NCBI GenBank assembly: GCA_031548905.1
Contig: JAVBQP010000034.1
Span: forward strand, 46,746 to 110,745
Origin: Desulfovibrio sp.
Lineage (GTDB): Bacteria > Desulfobacterota > Desulfovibrionia > Desulfovibrionales > Desulfovibrionaceae
Direction of reading: 5' to 3'
DNA: 64,000 nt
Numbering within the stretch: the first letter of the stretch is position 1; every line of letters begins with the position of its first letter. Below are positions 61,470-64,000 of this stretch, one piece after another. Under the pieces are notes generated by a model. That model made no database searches and was not told where the DNA came from. It saw only the letters and a program-made list of their open reading frames with translations. Position numbers and translations under genes: made by a program.

Positions 61470-64000
61470 ATGCTCCTGTTTGCCGTTGTGTTCTTTCTGG
61501 GGTTGTTGTTACTTTTTGTATTCCCCGGCCGCACCCACGCTCAAAGCCTGCCCGCTCCGAATCTTTTTGAGCGCCTGTCCCTGCCCCTGTTGCTGTTTGA
61601 CGCCAAGACCCTGGAGGTGCGCAAGGCCAACCCGGCCTGCGTCCGGCTGCTCGGTCGCGCGCCCGAAGAAGGTGAAACGCTGGGTTCCTTCCTCGGCCCC
61701 GGCTGCCCGGTGAAAGGTCTTACGGCGGCCGTCGGCGCCGCGCTTTGCGGCGAGGAATCCCCTCCCCTGCCGCACCTGTTGCTGTGGAACGACGCCCAGC
61801 CCAGAGCAGTCGAACTTGCCGTGCCCGCCGCCGAGGGCGCATTGGCCCTGCTGGAGATCCGGACGGAAATGCCTTCCCGGGAGGACGTTCTGTTCGGCTG
61901 TGCCGTGCGCGACGCCTTGCCTGGATTGATTTTTTACCTGGATGCCGAAGGGCGCATCCTTGATGCGAACGGCGCGGCCTGCCGGCTGTTGGGCAAGCCT
62001 GTTGAAAGCCTGCGGGGCAAAACGGCCGACGAGGCTCTGGGGAGCGACTTCAGCCCCGCGTGCTGGGATGCGTACCGGCAGGTACGCGATACGCTTCGCC
62101 CTCTTTGCCGGCAGGAGGAGTTCCCCCGCGGCGACGGCGGTACTGTTCTGCTGGAAACCGTCCGCCTTCCCCTTGTCGGGGGCGGAGGGGAGTTTTTGGG
62201 CGTCATCACGCTTGCCCGCGAAGTGGGGGACACGTTCCCGACCATGGGGCCGGGCGATCTCCGGGGCAGGCTGCTCGGCGGCGTGTGCCGCGCCGTAAGG
62301 GCGCTGCTGGCCGAAGAAGGTGAGGCCCTGCCCGGCAGGTTGGACCGCGCCCTGGAAATCCTCGGGCTTGCCGTCGAAGTGGACCGGGTTCACGTGCGCT
62401 GCCGGCGGCCGGGGGAGCCGGACGACGTCATTCCCCCGCGAATCGCGGTCTGGCGTGGCGCGCACGCCGGAGCCGAGGCGGAGGGAAACCTGTCGGAGAT
62501 CGTGCTTGATGAGGGTTTTCCGGCGCGGTATACCGCCCTGGCTTCGGGCCGTTGTGTCGGCGGTCTGGTGCGCGACCTGGCGCCGGGACCGAGAAGGCGG
62601 CAACTGGAAGCTCAAGGTGTCGTATCCTTTCTGCTGGCCCCCATCGTATATGACGGCACCCTGCGCGGGGTTGTGGGCTTTGAGGACTGCAGGCGCGAAC
62701 GGGTCTGGCATGGGGAGGAAGAAATCCTGCTGCACGCCGCCGCCACCCTTGTGGGGGCGGCCCTGGCCCATGAGCGGATCGATGAGGCCCTCCGGCTTTC
62801 TGAAGAGCGTTTCCGCAACGTGGCCGACGCCACGGGCGAAGTGCTGTGGGAGATAGATGCGAATGAGCGGGTCACGTTTGTCAGCCCGAGCTGCTTCGGC
62901 ATAATCGGCTTCACGCCGGAGGAAATGCTCGGAATGACCGTGGAGGATGTCGGCTCCCGGCCGGAGTTTATCGCCCACTTCCGCTCAGAGTTGCACCGCC
63001 AGATTTCCGAGCAGGGTTTTTTCCGCAACCTGGAGCACGATCTTTTGGATAAAAGCGGCAACGTGCTGCACGTCCGGACCTCGGGCGTGCCTCTTTTCAC
63101 CGCCGAAGGGGAGTTTGCCGGGGTGCGGGCCACTTCCGTGGATGAAACCAAAGAAAGAGAACGCGCCCGTCTGGTGCATGACACGCTCGAGGCCCTGCGC
63201 CAAGCCAACCGGGAATTGGAGCAGTACGCCTCGGTAACCAAGGATTTGGCGGCCAAGGCCCTGGCCGCCGAGCGGGCCAAAAGCGAATTTCTGGCCACCA
63301 TCGGGCACGAGGTGCGCACCCCGATCAACATCATCATCGGAATGGCGTATCTGGCCCTGCAAACCGATCTGGACGCGACGCAGCGCGAGTATATCGAGAA
63401 AGCCCACACCGCGGGCAATTCCCTGCTACGAATCATGAACGGCATTCTGGACTTCGCCCGCATGGAGAGCGCGGGCCTGGAACTGGAGCGCCGGCCGTTG
63501 CGCCTGCGCGATGTCGTGGCCGACGCAGTGGGCGCTTTCGCCCGGCAGGCCGGGGCCAAAGGCCTCGACATCGGCTGGGAGATCGACCCGACCGTGCCTG
63601 ATCTGTTGTGCGGGGATGCGGCCCGCCTGGGGCAGGTGTTCAGGAATCTTCTGGACAATGCCGTGAAGTTCACCGATCAGGGCTCGGTGCGTGTTTTCTG
63701 CCGGGAGGCCTTCCGCCGGAATTCCGGGGTGGAGCTGGACTGCTCGGTTCAGGACACCGGGCCGGGCATCCCGCCGGAGAGTATGCCCGGCCTGTTCGAA
63801 CCTTTCACCCAGGCGGATTCTTCCTTTTCCCGCCGTCATGGCGGAACGGGGGTGGGCCTGGCCCTGACGAAAAAACTGATCGAAGCCATGAACGGGACCA
63901 TTCGGCTTGGCGGCGCCCCCGGTGACGGTACCACGGTACATTTCACCTTGTTTCTGGAGTACCCGCCGGTGGGCGAGACCTGCGAGGCGCCTCGGGAGGC
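61470..64000 (+). CDS. Multi-domain sensor histidine kinase (signal/TM, PAS, PAS, GAF-like, PAS, HisKA, HATPase_c), 3-prime partial
   Basis: My own translation of the frame with codon starts divisible by 3. ATG at 61470 after GGAGG. The frame is open to the window end and so is absent from the ORF track. H-box SEFLATIGHEVRTP, N-box FRNLLDNAVKFT, G-boxes DTGPGI and GGTGVGLALTKKL. Confidence 0.85.
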   Translation, partial: MLLFAVVFFLGLLLLFVFPGRTHAQSLPAPNLFERLSLPLLLFDAKTLEVRKANPACVRLLGRAPEEGETLGSFLGPGCPVKGLTAAVGAALCGEESPPLPHLLLWNDAQPRAVELAVPAAEGALALLEIRTEMPSREDVLFGCAVRDALPGLIFYLDAEGRILDANGAACRLLGKPVESLRGKTADEALGSDFSPACWDAYRQVRDTLRPLCRQEEFPRGDGGTVLLETVRLPLVGGGGEFLGVITLAREVGDTFPTMGPGDLRGRLLGGVCRAVRALLAEEGEALPGRLDRALEILGLAVEVDRVHVRCRRPGEPDDVIPPRIAVWRGAHAGAEAEGNLSEIVLDEGFPARYTALASGRCVGGLVRDLAPGPRRRQLEAQGVVSFLLAPIVYDGTLRGVVGFEDCRRERVWHGEEEILLHAAATLVGAALAHERIDEALRLSEERFRNVADATGEVLWEIDANERVTFVSPSCFGIIGFTPEEMLGMTVEDVGSRPEFIAHFRSELHRQISEQGFFRNLEHDLLDKSGNVLHVRTSGVPLFTAEGEFAGVRATSVDETKERERARLVHDTLEALRQANRELEQYASVTKDLAAKALAAERAKSEFLATIGHEVRTPINIIIGMAYLALQTDLDATQREYIEKAHTAGNSLLRIMNGILDFARMESAGLELERRPLRLRDVVADAVGAFARQAGAKGLDIGWEIDPTVPDLLCGDAARLGQVFRNLLDNAVKFTDQGSVRVFCREAFRRNSGVELDCSVQDTGPGIPPESMPGLFEPFTQADSSFSRRHGGTGVGLALTKKLIEAMNGTIRLGGAPGDGTTVHFTLFLEYPPVGETCEAPRE

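Noticed and set aside
61509-63673. Minus-strand ORFs of 489 and 353 aa.
   Set aside because: They are shadows of the plus-strand histidine kinase, whose frame is open to the window end. The kinase motifs (HEVRTP, DNAVKFT, GTGVGL) are only on the plus strand.

Overview
This is a high-GC (roughly 63-65%) chromosomal segment, probably from a sulfate-reducing Desulfovibrio-like deltaproteobacterium. That assignment is an inference from gene content: nrfHA, an Ehr-type complex, bacterioferritin and anaerobic heme degradation genes.

Gene order across the window:
1. Distal part of a Tad/Flp pilus operon: tadA/cpaF, tadB, tadC, a TPR lipoprotein and two TadE-like pseudopilins.
2. A minus-strand iron/heme supercluster. 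It runs from a TetR regulator through radical-SAM HutW, a TonB-dependent heme receptor, an ECF-type importer (S, T, A-A), HutX, flavodoxin and a PNPOx-like protein. It continues with exbB-exbD-tonB and an ABC half-transporter.
3. A PD-(D/E)xK-like plus GyrI-like gene pair, and a TraR/DksA zinc-finger gene.
4. A string of MtaB-like methylthiotransferase and a DUF4911-PhnN fusion. Directly upstream of it lies a Ras-like GTPase module: coiled-coil protein, Roadblock-like/BON/OmpA membrane protein, small GTPase and GGDEF cyclase.
5. A six-gene group-4 hydrogenase-like operon whose large subunit has lost most canonical NiFe cysteines (Ehr-type).
6. A small low-GC islet next to tRNA-Leu(UAA), carrying an HNH endonuclease, a C5 DNA methyltransferase and a HEPN-motif protein.
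7. A UvrD-like helicase, a ThiL-aldolase fusion and nrfHA.
8. Envelope genes: a GT-C-like membrane protein, a discoidin-like secreted protein, VanW, YdcF and the Mla/MCE transporter.
9. putA, a GT4 glycosyltransferase, bacterioferritin and a multi-PAS/GAF histidine kinase that runs off the window edge.

Three long nested palindromic intergenic elements are present. Two of them share an almost identical 26-nt core hairpin.

Many long ORFs in the supplied track are antisense shadows typical of high-GC DNA and were not called. Several start codons were moved to internal ATG/GTG codons supported by Shine-Dalgarno sequences and translational coupling. No CRISPR array, rRNA, integrase or transposase was seen.
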